Assembly (NCBI GenBank): GCA_963648895.1
Contig: CAVJGK010000001.1
Coordinates: 26,745-90,744, forward strand
DNA: 64,000 nt
Source: Lachnospiraceae bacterium
Lineage (GTDB): Bacteria; Bacillota_I; Bacilli_A; RFN20; CAG-449
Direction of reading: 5' to 3'
Both the position numbers and the translations under genes were made by a program. Below the pieces are notes generated by a model. That model saw only the letters and a list, made by a program, of their open reading frames with translations, did not search any database and was not told the origin of the DNA. Numbering within the stretch: position 1 is the first letter of the stretch; each line of letters begins with the position of its first letter. Shown piece after piece: positions 37,579 through 47,838 of this stretch.

Positions 37579-38397
37579 TTAAATTTTTAAGCAAGCACTC
37601 TCAAGTGTATTCTCTAATAGTGCCAACCTAGTAAGCAACCCTACACCCCCAGGAACAGGAGTTACTCTATTTTTATCTAATGGATTAACATCTACGTCTC
37701 CACAGAGTTTACCATTTTCGTCAAAATTAATACCAACGTCTACAATAAATGCATTTAATGCGTCTTGACTGGAAATAAAATTTCTTTTACCAACAGCGCA
37801 GATAACAAGATCAGCATTCCTTAATAATCTGTCTCTAAGCTCTTTAGGTGTATGCGAGTTACATAAGGTAGTAGTACAATTACCTAATTGAAGCATTTTT
37901 GCCATCGGTCTTCCTACAATATCAGACCTTCCTAGAATAACTGCGTGCTTACCATCTAAATCAAATTTAATCCATTGTAAATATTCAAGGATACCCAAAG
38001 GTGTACATGGTTCAAATTCAGTTTCTGGACCAAATCCATCTACATCTAGTTCAGGTGGAATATGTTTAATTATTACATCTTTATCTATATGCTTAGGAAG
38101 TGGTAATTGCACAATAATCCCGTCAGCACCTTCATTTGCTACTTTATCAATATAATTACAAATAGTCTCTGTGGTAGTTGCTTCAGGCAAAGCGATTAAA
38201 TTAGCTTTAAAACCAACTTCTTCACAATCTTTTATTTTATTGCGTACATACCTAGTAGATGCTTCATTTTGACCTACTTGAATTATATATAATGTTGGGA
38301 TAAGTGGTTTCCTTGCAGTTGTAATTGCCTCTTTAATTAGCTCTTTTTTGAGCTTAACAAATGTCTTTATTGATTGTGTTTCTGGATTAATCTGCAT
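37579..38397 (-). CDS. folD: bifunctional methylenetetrahydrofolate dehydrogenase/cyclohydrolase FolD
   Basis: YVRNKIKDCEEVGF, IIVQLPLPKHID, GRSDIVGRPMAKML, NSHT and VGINF blocks, colinear with FolD. 272 aa. Confidence 0.7.
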   Translation of the reverse strand: MQINPETQSIKTFVKLKKELIKEAITTARKPLIPTLYIIQVGQNEASTRYVRNKIKDCEEVGFKANLIALPEATTTETICNYIDKVANEGADGIIVQLPLPKHIDKDVIIKHIPPELDVDGFGPETEFEPCTPLGILEYLQWIKFDLDGKHAVILGRSDIVGRPMAKMLQLGNCTTTLCNSHTPKELRDRLLRNADLVICAVGKRNFISSQDALNAFIVDVGINFDENGKLCGDVDVNPLDKNRVTPVPGGVGLLTRLALLENTLESACLKI

Positions 38398-38602
38398 TTA
38401 AACCCACCCATTGGTCTTTTGGAAGCGCTTTTAGCAGTTGTTTTTCTTCGTCACCTTCAGCAGTATAAGTATATACATCTGATTCATCTGTTAATGGACC
38501 TGCTTTTAAATCTTCTTTGATTGCATAGAATTTCTTTCTTGCCTTCTTAGGAATTAAAATATAGGTAATACCTTCTGATTTTAGCTGTTCAAACATGTTC
38601 AT
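38387..38602 (-). CDS. hypothetical protein
   Basis: 71 aa ORF. Confidence 0.35.
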   Translation of the reverse strand: MNMFEQLKSEGITYILIPKKARKKFYAIKEDLKAGPLTDESDVYTYTAEGDEEKQLLKALPKDQWVGLNAD

Positions 38603-38617
38603 AATTTCGTTTCTCCT

Positions 38618-39109
38618 TTATTTTACTACAGCATATAATGTGTGCTGTCCTCGTTTTTCTCCATTTTCCCAATAAACTTTTACCACTTTATACTTAGACA
38701 TTAATTCTGCCACGTCATCTGCCGAAGAAATCGGAAAACTTTTCATTTTATGCCTTTTAATATAATCAGACTTTCTTGGTTCTACCATTCGTCTACTGCG
38801 GTCATCACCACGTTTAAATTCCTGTAAAGCATTTGTAATAAATTTATTGGTTGTCTTAGTAATCTTTTTTGTGTCTTTTTTAGCACTCTTTTTGGGTGCT
38901 TCTTCTACATAAGACTTATGCAATGTATAACCAAAATTATCTGTTTCATCATACTCTCTAATAAGAATAATTTCTTCTTTTGTTAACCCATACATTTCTG
39001 CAATTCTTCTAAAGAAAGCAGATTTAGAGTCCGCTGATAATAGCATTGTTTTTACTTTCTTATTGTTAAATACTTGAAATTCATAAATCATATTATACCC
39101 TCTTTGCAT
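38618..39109 (-). CDS. hypothetical basic protein
   Basis: 163 aa ORF. Confidence 0.4.
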   Translation of the reverse strand: MQRGYNMIYEFQVFNNKKVKTMLLSADSKSAFFRRIAEMYGLTKEEIILIREYDETDNFGYTLHKSYVEEAPKKSAKKDTKKITKTTNKFITNALQEFKRGDDRSRRMVEPRKSDYIKRHKMKSFPISSADDVAELMSKYKVVKVYWENGEKRGQHTLYAVVK

Positions 39110-39283
39110 TAATTATAATAACATAAATAGGTTAAATTGTAAACTAACTCCAACTCGCTTTCGCTGCTTTTACCAAAAAATCAATTTCGTCCTCGCTACT
39201 AGGCATATCTAATGTATCTCTAGTATACACTTGCTCTTTTTCAGATTCAGCTTGCTTTTCAGTAGTTTTAGAAGTTTCTTCTT

Positions 39284-40075
39284 TTACCACAGACTAATTT
39301 CCTCCACGTGTTCTTCTTTTTTATCTTCGACAATTTGTTTCTTTTTTAGCTCAGATGTGTCCGCTCCATTTGTTTCACAAAACCTTCTGTATTCACAAAA
39401 ATAACATAACTTATTTTGTTTCTTTGGAAATTCAGTAGCATTAAGCATTAATTTTTTATGCGCTAAAAAGAAAGCGACTTGTTGAGGATCAAACTCTATT
39501 GGAATAAATTGAATATGACTATCTTTTAGCTTTTCAATAGATTCCCTTAATTGTATTTCAGATTTTGTTTTTAAAGTATCTGTACATTTTGGCACTAAGG
39601 CATAATACATATTACGTATGGTATTTCCTGTTGCCTTTTCATAATAATATTTATATAGATGAACTTGACCTGATTGCATATAATGCTCTACATTATTAGA
39701 ATACTTAAAATCATAAAGATCATACGTGGTATCATCTATTTTAACTAAAAGATCGATAAATCCAATAAAATCGTCTATTAATAGTTTGTGCTCGTATTCT
39801 CCTTCTGGGATTTCTTTAAAAGCAACAGGTAAAATAGTTTCTAATTTTAATACTTCTACTTCATTATCCCTTAACCAAATTGAATAATTTTCTTTATAAG
39901 AATTTACTGCTTCCTCAATAGATCTTGTTTCAATTCCTGTATGAATACTAGTTCCTAAATACAAAGGATTTGTTGGGCGTGTATCAGGTTTTGTTTCTAG
40001 CTTGTCCAGATATCTTAGTTTATACTTATATGGGCAAGTATGATATGTGTCTACTCTTGAATAACTTACTAACAT
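39284..40075 (-). CDS. Cas4/RecB-like PD-(D/E)XK exonuclease with C-terminal Cys cluster
   Basis: N-terminal CPYKYKLRY, DLLVKIDDTTYDLYDFKYS (D..ExK-like) and C-terminal CYFCEYRRFC. Confidence 0.5.
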   Translation of the reverse strand: MLVSYSRVDTYHTCPYKYKLRYLDKLETKPDTRPTNPLYLGTSIHTGIETRSIEEAVNSYKENYSIWLRDNEVEVLKLETILPVAFKEIPEGEYEHKLLIDDFIGFIDLLVKIDDTTYDLYDFKYSNNVEHYMQSGQVHLYKYYYEKATGNTIRNMYYALVPKCTDTLKTKSEIQLRESIEKLKDSHIQFIPIEFDPQQVAFFLAHKKLMLNATEFPKKQNKLCYFCEYRRFCETNGADTSELKKKQIVEDKKEEHVEEISLW

Positions 40076-40116
40076 AAATATATTATAATAAAAAAAGTAG
40101 TCTTTGTAAACTACTT

Positions 40117-41028
40117 TTATTTTTGGTATTTTCCTGAATCAAAGAGTCCCCTACGAATAGTTGTCCTACTGCAATTAAAATGATCTGCGCATTGGTACAG
40201 ACTTTGTGTATGACTTAAACCTGTAGCACGACCTTCTTGGTACATGGCATAAACGTCCACCCAAGGTAGTTCTAGTTTGCGATGAATATCAGAATTTGGA
40301 CTGCCTATTTGATACTGTACTAGGCGTTTAAAAATCACTGTTCTAGAACAACTAAAATGTTTTGCACATTGGTCCACTGCCTGTGTATGACTTAAAGTGG
40401 CGCGGTACTCTAAATAGTATTTGCACAGGTCATCTTTGTCAATTTTAATTGACACTGAGCGCTTTCTCTTCTTACTTTGATAAATATTATATTCTCGTAA
40501 AAAAGACAACATTGTATATGAGCTGCAATTAAAATGTTTTGCGCTTAATTCTAATGCCTCTAAGTGTGAATACGAAAGGCGCAATTGGGTGTAATACTCT
40601 TCTAATTCTTCCTTGCTTATGTGTTTTTGGCGCGCCCTATGCAATTCATCACCGGGTACCCTGATACCATTTGCTTTAAGCTGCTTTTGTATAACGCTAA
40701 CGCTACAATTGAAATAGTCTGCACACTCAGTATACACTTCACATTTAGACCTGGACTGCCGTAAATCTATATACATAGTAGCTAGCTTTGACACATCTAT
40801 GCTACACTTTCTGCTGTTTGTTAGGTCAAGTTCTTTCAGGCGCGAATAAATTGTACTTACACTGCAATTAAAATGATCTGCACATTGTTGTTGGGTCCAG
40901 CGACACTCACAGTACAAATATTGAAGTTCTTCACTTGAAATATTTAATAAACTTGGTTTACAAGTATCACCACCTGGAGTTAAATTAAATCCCTTATCAC
41001 TATCCATTGTATGAAATTCAGCGATCAA
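40117..41028 (-). CDS. protein with five tandem HTH repeats (xCAxHFNCSxxTIxxxL)
   Basis: QCADHFNCSVSTIYSRL, ECADYFNCSVSVIQKQL, AKHFNCSSYTMLSFL, CAKHFSCSRTVIFKRL and QCADHFNCSRTTIRRGL repeats. Confidence 0.5.
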   Translation of the reverse strand: MIAEFHTMDSDKGFNLTPGGDTCKPSLLNISSEELQYLYCECRWTQQQCADHFNCSVSTIYSRLKELDLTNSRKCSIDVSKLATMYIDLRQSRSKCEVYTECADYFNCSVSVIQKQLKANGIRVPGDELHRARQKHISKEELEEYYTQLRLSYSHLEALELSAKHFNCSSYTMLSFLREYNIYQSKKRKRSVSIKIDKDDLCKYYLEYRATLSHTQAVDQCAKHFSCSRTVIFKRLVQYQIGSPNSDIHRKLELPWVDVYAMYQEGRATGLSHTQSLYQCADHFNCSRTTIRRGLFDSGKYQK

Positions 41029-41260
41029 TTCTTGTTCTTTACTGCATGCTTCAGCTCGAGTTAAATTTTCGTATAGAATTTTATGCTCAAAAGCGTCCCA
41101 CCCATATTTTTTAATTGTATTTCAAAAATAAGTATTATCTTGGTAACCTCGACCGTGATTTCATCTTTTCTTTGGATTCACACTAGTTATGCCAAAATAT
41201 TTTCTTCCGTCTTGTATTAAAGTATGGCAATAGACACAATATTTCTTTTCAGAGTTCATA

Positions 41261-41830
41261 CTATTTTTGATATTTTCCTGAAACTCCAAATGCTTGTAAG
41301 CTCGCGATTTCGCTTGAAAGTATTTTAGATAATACTTTTAGCAATTCCTGTCCTGCCTCTACTTTAGCTTTCAGCACAGATGTAGCGTGAGAATAAATAA
41401 ACTTAATTAAATTCTCAGATAATGCTTCTTGGTCCGAGTGCGCTTTTAGTTGGTCTATAGTATATTTCTTATCTGCCACTGTAGTAGTCCCCTGCTTTGC
41501 TAAATATGCCTCATTATATCTATCTTTGTATCTCAGGTTAGCACAATCAGATAATAAATCAAGTTCTTCTACTCGTTCTTCTGTGTAATACAATGTGGTA
41601 CTTAGGTCTACACACATTCTTTGAAGTGAAGGAATATCAAAATTCAATTTATATTCTTGAATTTGTGCCAGATAACTTTTAATCTGCGACACTTTTGTAT
41701 CTAAATCTTGAGCAAACTCATCTACAACCGGTTTTCCTAATCTATTATAATAATCTAAATTACTTTTTAATTCTTCAGATTGCTTATTTAATTCATTGTC
41801 ATTAATAATTAAACTCATTACTGATTCCAA
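41261..41830 (-). CDS. hypothetical protein
   Basis: 189 aa ORF. Confidence 0.4.
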   Translation of the reverse strand: MESVMSLIINDNELNKQSEELKSNLDYYNRLGKPVVDEFAQDLDTKVSQIKSYLAQIQEYKLNFDIPSLQRMCVDLSTTLYYTEERVEELDLLSDCANLRYKDRYNEAYLAKQGTTTVADKKYTIDQLKAHSDQEALSENLIKFIYSHATSVLKAKVEAGQELLKVLSKILSSEIASLQAFGVSGKYQK

Positions 41831-42027
41831 TACTCCTTTAATTTATTAAAATCTTCATTTGTTATATAAACCTGATCCTTATTAATTAATTGAACAATTT
41901 TAAATCCTGGTCTTGTAAGTAAGAAACTTTCATGCACTGGCATTAATCCTACAATACAATTAGGCATTGCCATCCCAGCAGGAACCATTTTTTCATCTTC
42001 CACACTATATAATTTAATTATTGGCAT
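41818..42027 (-). CDS. hypothetical protein
   Basis: 69 aa ORF. Confidence 0.3.
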   Translation of the reverse strand: MPIIKLYSVEDEKMVPAGMAMPNCIVGLMPVHESFLLTRPGFKIVQLINKDQVYITNEDFNKLKEYWNQ

Positions 42028-42403
42028 CTTCGCTTATTCTCCTTATAAAATCAGAATAATTAGTTCTTAAAAAAGTTCTTAACTTTTCGCTCTCAATTTC
42101 AAAACTATAATAATTTGGATCATTTAACATTTTTATATGATAAGATTTTCCATCTTCCTTTTTAATCTTTTCTAATGTTTCTATAGGTATCCATACAATT
42201 TTATCATTTTTTACTGACCACCAAATAACACCAACATATAATCCCGGAACACCTTTTAATTCTAACATTCTTGGATATTGCCGGATATCTGCAAAGTTTA
42301 ATGTATTGCCACTCTTTGTTGATTTACAATCGATAATAAAACAATAAGGTTCTTTATAACAAATAAAATCGCCAGCATTTCCTACCGCATGGTATCCACC
42401 CAT
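42014..42403 (-). CDS. hypothetical protein
   Basis: 129 aa ORF. Confidence 0.4.
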   Translation of the reverse strand: MGGYHAVGNAGDFICYKEPYCFIIDCKSTKSGNTLNFADIRQYPRMLELKGVPGLYVGVIWWSVKNDKIVWIPIETLEKIKKEDGKSYHIKMLNDPNYYSFEIESEKLRTFLRTNYSDFIRRISEDANN

Positions 42404-42500
42404 CGTATCATATAACCTATAACATAAAGATTCAGGGACTGATTCTAGTCAGTCCTTCTTAAATCTTTCCTCAAACTTTTTTCCTTGTGATTGTGCCATA

Positions 42501-43604
42501 TTAGCTTGACACCTTCATTTCTGGAAGAATATCTGTAATTGTTTGTTTCTTAATTACAATCGCTTTATGGTCGCCAAAACACATTGTAATATAGTCTTCT
42601 TTGCTGCCCGCTAGAATTAAATTTAAATTATTCATATTAATAATCGCTGAGTAAGGCGTATTAACATTATCATTTTCTACCCTTAATTCTTCTATATTAT
42701 TACTAGACCAGTCACTAATAATTAATTTATTGGATTGGAACTCTATTCTTCCATAGTTCTTATCTTCGTTGAATAGCATTAATCTTCCTAAAGATTCCAT
42801 TAATTCTACCACATTTATTACAACCGAGTATCCGTAATCTTTTGCCGCCATGCCTCTAATTGCTTGTACAGGCACAGTAGAAATTAAATTACAATCAGCT
42901 AATATTGCAGATAGTGTAACATTATTAGATTTAAATCTTACTTTAGTTTGAATGATCTCATCAGAAATAGGGTCTTGCGCCATTTCAAACTCTACATTAG
43001 TTACATCCTTAAATAGTTTAAATAATTTAACTACCTTTTCACTTAATAGCATCTTTACTGGTTTCTCTAGTGTAAATGAATTAACACATGCTCCAGAAGT
43101 AAATGTAATAGCGCCACTTTCATCTATATAATAATAAGTTTGTACAGGTTTAGCAGCAATACCTCTTAATAATTCTTTACTATTGTGAGTTAAGATGCTC
43201 TGTAAAATATCACTATCAACTGAAAAATTATTTGTAATATTGTATAGCTCAATCTTAGGCAATTCTAGTATTGAATCCCCATTATAAATAATAGGTAGTT
43301 TATATTCACCATTACCCTTAACACAAACAAATCTCTCTTTAATTACTAAGCTAATAGTTTCTGAGGTCATTCTGCTAATTAAGTCTAAAAATAATTTTGC
43401 ATTTACCGCTGCTTTAAAATTAGTATCTTCCTCTAAGGGAAATTCTACATCTACTTTATATTCTCTATTAGTTACAGATAAAGTTAAAGTTGAGTCATGT
43501 GTTACGAGTTCTAGTGTTTCAGTATATAAGGAAACATTTTTAGAATCAATTGCATTTTTAATAATTGTGCAATTATTTTTAAATTCTTCTGTCTTTAATA
43601 TCAT
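42501..43604 (-). CDS. putative DNA polymerase sliding clamp
   Basis: 367 aa, a size and position compatible with a beta-clamp-like protein alongside the clamp-loader genes. No strong motif is visible. Confidence 0.3.
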   Translation of the reverse strand: MILKTEEFKNNCTIIKNAIDSKNVSLYTETLELVTHDSTLTLSVTNREYKVDVEFPLEEDTNFKAAVNAKLFLDLISRMTSETISLVIKERFVCVKGNGEYKLPIIYNGDSILELPKIELYNITNNFSVDSDILQSILTHNSKELLRGIAAKPVQTYYYIDESGAITFTSGACVNSFTLEKPVKMLLSEKVVKLFKLFKDVTNVEFEMAQDPISDEIIQTKVRFKSNNVTLSAILADCNLISTVPVQAIRGMAAKDYGYSVVINVVELMESLGRLMLFNEDKNYGRIEFQSNKLIISDWSSNNIEELRVENDNVNTPYSAIINMNNLNLILAGSKEDYITMCFGDHKAIVIKKQTITDILPEMKVSS

Positions 43605-44044
43605 TATTTATCTCCTGTACTTCCAAAACCACCAGCGCCACGCAAAGTATCTTTATCTAAAGACTTGACTTCTTCTAAAGCACCCATCCAAACTTCTCGC
43701 ATTACTAATTGGGAAATCTTATCACCTTTGTTAAAATGTACATCTTCATCTGAAAAATTGAAAAAGTGAATATGAACATTACCTGTGTAATCGCTGTCAA
43801 TCAATTCAGCACCTTTGAATAGTTTCTTTTTAGTTGATACTCCTGATTTATTATAAACTGCTAAATCCCAACCAAAAGGGATATCAAATGCAACATCAAT
43901 TGGAATTAAAGCATCCTGCCATGCTGGAACTGTAATATCTATTGGCGAAAATACATCTAATCCTGACGATCCCGGTGTTCCTCTCACCGGTGCTTTAGCA
44001 TCTTTACTTAATAATTTATACTTTAAATTTGGGTAATTCTTCAT
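43604..44044 (-). CDS. dut: dUTP diphosphatase
   Basis: GSSGLDV (motif I), IDSDYTGNVHI (motif III) and C-terminal RGAGGFGSTG (motif V). Confidence 0.75.
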   Translation of the reverse strand: MKNYPNLKYKLLSKDAKAPVRGTPGSSGLDVFSPIDITVPAWQDALIPIDVAFDIPFGWDLAVYNKSGVSTKKKLFKGAELIDSDYTGNVHIHFFNFSDEDVHFNKGDKISQLVMREVWMGALEEVKSLDKDTLRGAGGFGSTGDK

Positions 44045-44395
44045 CTAATCCTCCATGTCTAATATCTTATCCGTCTGTCTATTTACGTATTCTTGCTCTA
44101 GTTTATTCGCGATAACTCGTAATTCATCTATCCAGCTAGGGCAGTCATCTTTCAGTGTCTTATAGTCTATCTTAATAAAAGGAATTCCTTTTCCTAATGT
44201 CCAAAATTCCATCTCTCTAAAATAACCGTAATAAGGCATACCTTGGGCGCGTACCATTACTACCACGTCAACCTTTTTAGCATCTTCATCAAGGCAGACA
44301 AACTTAACCGGATGACCTTGCACAAAAATAGTTACTCCAGGAAAGTATTCTGTAATTTTATCCGCTATTTTTTGTTCATCTGTTAATACGTACAT
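44045..44395 (-). CDS. hypothetical protein
   Basis: 116 aa ORF. Confidence 0.4.
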   Translation of the reverse strand: MYVLTDEQKIADKITEYFPGVTIFVQGHPVKFVCLDEDAKKVDVVVMVRAQGMPYYGYFREMEFWTLGKGIPFIKIDYKTLKDDCPSWIDELRVIANKLEQEYVNRQTDKILDMED

Positions 44396-44683
44396 AATTT
44401 ATTTCATCTTTTTATAAAAATCTGCGCTATCATAAGCATCGTCTCGCTTTTTAGAGGCAACACATAAAGATGTAATTGATATACCACATAAGGTCCCAAC
44501 AATAAATCCTGTAAAAAAGTATAGCATAATTTTTATCTCTCCTTCTTTAATAATATTATAGCGCTTATTAGTGATAAAGTAAATAAAATTGGAATAACTA
44601 AATCAACTTTTCCTAAATTATCTAACCACTTTGTTCTTTTTACATTATATCGACGCTGTGGTTGATCTACTGCTTTGTATCTT

Positions 44684-44890
44684 CTAATCATTTCTTGTGC
44701 ATCCATTTATAATCCTATCTATTACAGCGTTTGATACACCAACCAGTATAATTGTCCAAAATGCTTTGCATGCAATATCCCAATTATACGCTGTTGCTGA
44801 AAAAATACTCACTATAGATGCAAAAGCTAACGCAAATAGCATAGCGATGCCAATATATAGCAAGCTTTTAAAAAATTTATCTGACATCAT
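44684..44890 (-). CDS. small membrane protein
   Basis: 68 aa with two hydrophobic helices. Two further small TM ORFs of 41 and 57 aa lie at about 44404-44706. Confidence 0.4.
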   Translation of the reverse strand: MMSDKFFKSLLYIGIAMLFALAFASIVSIFSATAYNWDIACKAFWTIILVGVSNAVIDRIINGCTRND

Positions 44891-45110
44891 ATAACTCCTT
44901 TAAATATTCTAATCTTAATTCTTTTAATGAGTATAAATTATCTTTATACATAAATAATCGATAATCTGTTGCTGGGTCAACAAATCTAGTTACAACTACT
45001 TTATTCTTTAAAACAGAATTAGGTGCTGTAAATTCACAAATATACGAAAGTACATCATCGTCATTAAGTTTACCAAAACCTAGTTCAAACTTTCCTTCAT
45101 TCTTTAACAT
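44877..45110 (-). CDS. hypothetical protein
   Basis: 77 aa ORF. Confidence 0.35.
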   Translation of the reverse strand: MLKNEGKFELGFGKLNDDDVLSYICEFTAPNSVLKNKVVVTRFVDPATDYRLFMYKDNLYSLKELRLEYLKELYDVR

Positions 45111-45118
45111 AATTCCTC

Positions 45119-45355
45119 CTAGTTCTTCCTAAATAAACTGCCGAGTACATTAAGTACTATCATTGCTGCTAATACCTTTTTAAATAGTAAAGCAGTATAA
45201 GTTAGATTAAAAATAAAACTTATTAAATGTGCAACTATAAACGCTTCTAATAAAGCAAGTCCAAATGCAAATAATAATAATCCTAAATATATTCCAGCGA
45301 CTGATAAGGTCTCTTTCCATTTCTCACTCATTATTAATTTATCCTCCCAAATCAA
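45119..45355 (-). CDS. small membrane protein
   Basis: 78 aa with two hydrophobic helices. Confidence 0.4.
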   Translation of the reverse strand: MIWEDKLIMSEKWKETLSVAGIYLGLLLFAFGLALLEAFIVAHLISFIFNLTYTALLFKKVLAAMIVLNVLGSLFRKN

Positions 45356-45584
45356 GTAAATTGCCTAATTGTTCTAAAGCGGCGATTGCGTCTGCTTTTG
45401 TTTTATACTTACCATACTGGATTACCTCATTAGTAATTGTATATATAGTTACATTTTTTATGAATCCAGAGTCTGCAGGATTTAAAGAAGGCAAACATTG
45501 CTCTACATATGCACATTGAATATGGTCAGCATTAACTAATACTGGGTAATCTCTTGAGGTTGTCTCTACCATTATACTCCGCAT
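45339..45584 (-). CDS. hypothetical protein
   Basis: 81 aa ORF. Confidence 0.35.
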   Translation of the reverse strand: MRSIMVETTSRDYPVLVNADHIQCAYVEQCLPSLNPADSGFIKNVTIYTITNEVIQYGKYKTKADAIAALEQLGNLLDLGG

Positions 45585-45585
45585 T

Positions 45586-45825
45586 TTATTCTGTCTCCTT
45601 TTTTATGATTATGCAAGTCCCATTTAAAATCTTTTGTAAATTGAATATTTTAGAACTTAACCAAATAATCTTACTCTCTTTATTTGGATTTCTATATAAA
45701 ACATGTCCTTGACTGTCAATACAATACTCAACTAAATCACCATCATTACTTCTGCATTTTTTAATATAAAATGGTTCATTGACATGTAAATCTAATAATT
45801 CTAATACTTTCTCAATATAATTCAT
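45586..45825 (-). CDS. hypothetical protein
   Basis: 79 aa ORF. Confidence 0.35.
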   Translation of the reverse strand: MNYIEKVLELLDLHVNEPFYIKKCRSNDGDLVEYCIDSQGHVLYRNPNKESKIIWLSSKIFNLQKILNGTCIIIKKETE

Positions 45826-46289
45826 TATTCAATACCTAAATCTGTGGACCAATACACTACACCTAATTTCATATTGTCGTACATATGATCTTCTGCCATG
45901 AATGGTGGTAAATCGATATTATGAGTAAAGTTAAATTCGGATGTTACCCTAATTCTAATGAAGAAGTATCCAGTAAGTGAATTAGGCATTTTTTGAACAT
46001 TAACTTTATAACCTTTGTTTAAATAAGGCAATACAATAGTTTTTAGATATTTTCTTTCGATATCGTCTAAAATAGGTTCTTCATAAGGAGCTGCTAACCA
46101 CTTAATTAAATCTTCGCTTGAAGTATAAGATTGTTTAGTAAATCCTTTCGCACGCATAAAGTTTTCCACTGCGATATCAATGTAACTTAAGTAATCTGGA
46201 TAATCCAACTGTTCACACTTAATCTGTCTTATAATCTCATTTTTGTAATGTGTCAGATTAGTTTCACATACTGCTGTTTTTGTTTTCAT
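45825..46289 (-). CDS. hypothetical protein
   Basis: 154 aa ORF. Confidence 0.4.
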   Translation of the reverse strand: MKTKTAVCETNLTHYKNEIIRQIKCEQLDYPDYLSYIDIAVENFMRAKGFTKQSYTSSEDLIKWLAAPYEEPILDDIERKYLKTIVLPYLNKGYKVNVQKMPNSLTGYFFIRIRVTSEFNFTHNIDLPPFMAEDHMYDNMKLGVVYWSTDLGIE

Positions 46290-46347
46290 AGATATTCTCC
46301 TTTTATATGATTAATTATAGCGCAGAATAAAAAAAGAGTAAACTAAT

Positions 46348-47097
46348 TTACTCTTTATAAATCTTAGGAAAATCCTTCTTTAAGATTTCTGTTGGTGTCA
46401 TTGCTTTATCAATAATACTACCACAGGTCATCTTACCTTCAGTACAGTGGTCTTTTTGACAAGGTGCACCACAATTACCAAATAAAATAGGATTTTCATT
46501 ATATAATGCTTCCCAAATCTTTAACATCACATATCTGGTTTCCTTCGAGTTTCTTCTACAAATTCTTTGAGAAATCATATGTTTAAATTGATAAGGTGTT
46601 GCAGAAATAATAAGAATATTTCTTAAACCTTGTGGAGCTAAGAAACCGGCATCATCATGGTTAACACCACGATCTACCAAATTTTTATATTCAGTCATTG
46701 CTTTTTTGCATCCGTCTAAATAAGCGTTAGTCAAATCCTCATGCCCCAAAATGTCATAAGGAACTGTAAAATCATTAGAATCTGAATAGTCACTATATTG
46801 TAAGCTAGCGGACATAAATTTTACTTCATTTTGGTGTCTAGTAATTTGAGCTAAGAATCTTCGTGATGCTCCAACAATGACCACATTAATTACACCAAAC
46901 TTTTGAATAGTTGGATGTGGCAAATTAGTCATTACTTTTGCTGTAGACTCTTTATAATCTTTATTATACAAATCCATAAAATCATCCATATTTTTAATGG
47001 CGTGCCCGCGTTGTGTTAACCTTGCAGCACATACCATCATTTTTTCTGATTCTTTAATAACTTCTGGATTTAAAATTTTAACTTCTATCTTATTCAC
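46348..47097 (-). CDS. thyX: flavin-dependent thymidylate synthase (ThyX-like, divergent)
   Basis: 249 aa. ITRHQNEVKFMSASLQY resembles the ThyX RHRxxSxxxxSxRY signature with substitutions. Confidence 0.5.
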   Translation of the reverse strand: MNKIEVKILNPEVIKESEKMMVCAARLTQRGHAIKNMDDFMDLYNKDYKESTAKVMTNLPHPTIQKFGVINVVIVGASRRFLAQITRHQNEVKFMSASLQYSDYSDSNDFTVPYDILGHEDLTNAYLDGCKKAMTEYKNLVDRGVNHDDAGFLAPQGLRNILIISATPYQFKHMISQRICRRNSKETRYVMLKIWEALYNENPILFGNCGAPCQKDHCTEGKMTCGSIIDKAMTPTEILKKDFPKIYKE

Positions 47098-47431
47098 TTG
47101 TTAGTTCCTCCAGCTCTTGCTCCTTTCCCTCTTCTACACTTGCTCTTAAAATACATAGATAATTAATTGCATCTGTAATTTTCTCATTCCAACGATCCAT
47201 ATCATATGTATCCTCTGTAACACACATATCACTAATTGATACTAAATGTTTTGCCATCATAGTAAATACAGCATAGTTTTGGGGTTCTCCTATTAAATTC
47301 GCTACTTTTTTAAAATGAGAAAGTCTGTCATCTTCGGCACCTACATTGTATTCCTCTTTTTTACGTAATAAAACAGATTTACATCTATCCATCTGTTCTT
47401 CAACAATTTTGTTAAACTTATCACTCGTCAT
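47090..47431 (-). CDS. hypothetical protein
   Basis: 113 aa ORF. Confidence 0.4.
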   Translation of the reverse strand: MTSDKFNKIVEEQMDRCKSVLLRKKEEYNVGAEDDRLSHFKKVANLIGEPQNYAVFTMMAKHLVSISDMCVTEDTYDMDRWNEKITDAINYLCILRASVEEGKEQELEELTSE

Positions 47432-47450
47432 AATATTACCTCCTTTTGTA

Positions 47451-47804
47451 TTATTCGTCTCCAGTCATTTCATTCATATATCGAATGTTCATTGCAATTT
47501 TATTCACCGCAGCAACACCTTGAAGATCTTTACTTTGAATTTCATTTGTGCTGAATGTAAAATTTAGTGGAATATATTCCTCACTATGTCCTAACAAATA
47601 ATCTTCAGTACATCCAAACAAACTGCATAACTTATCAATCATAGTTACACTTAAAACTCTTGTGCCATTCTCAATTTTTGTTATCAAACTCTGATCAACA
47701 CCCATGTATTTTGCCATTTGTTCTTGTGTTAAATTGTTGTTTTTTCTCAATTCCTTTAACCTTGAGCTAACCTCCATTTGCTCTATTCGTTCCTCCTTTT
47801 GCAT
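47451..47804 (-). CDS. XRE-family helix-turn-helix transcriptional regulator
   Basis: LTQEQMAKYMGVDQSLITKIENG is a Cro/C1-type HTH. The gene appears leaderless because the -10 ends 5 nt before the ATG. Confidence 0.6.
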   Translation of the reverse strand: MQKEERIEQMEVSSRLKELRKNNNLTQEQMAKYMGVDQSLITKIENGTRVLSVTMIDKLCSLFGCTEDYLLGHSEEYIPLNFTFSTNEIQSKDLQGVAAVNKIAMNIRYMNEMTGDE

Positions 47805-47809
47805 CTATT

Positions 47810-47838
47810 ATTATAAACCAAACATATTAAAAAGTAAA
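47810..47838 (-). promoter_or_regulatory. promoter TTTACT-N17-TATAAT producing a leaderless mRNA for the XRE regulator
   Basis: -35 at 47838-47833, 17-nt spacer, -10 at 47815-47810. The start codon lies at 47804. Confidence 0.45.
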
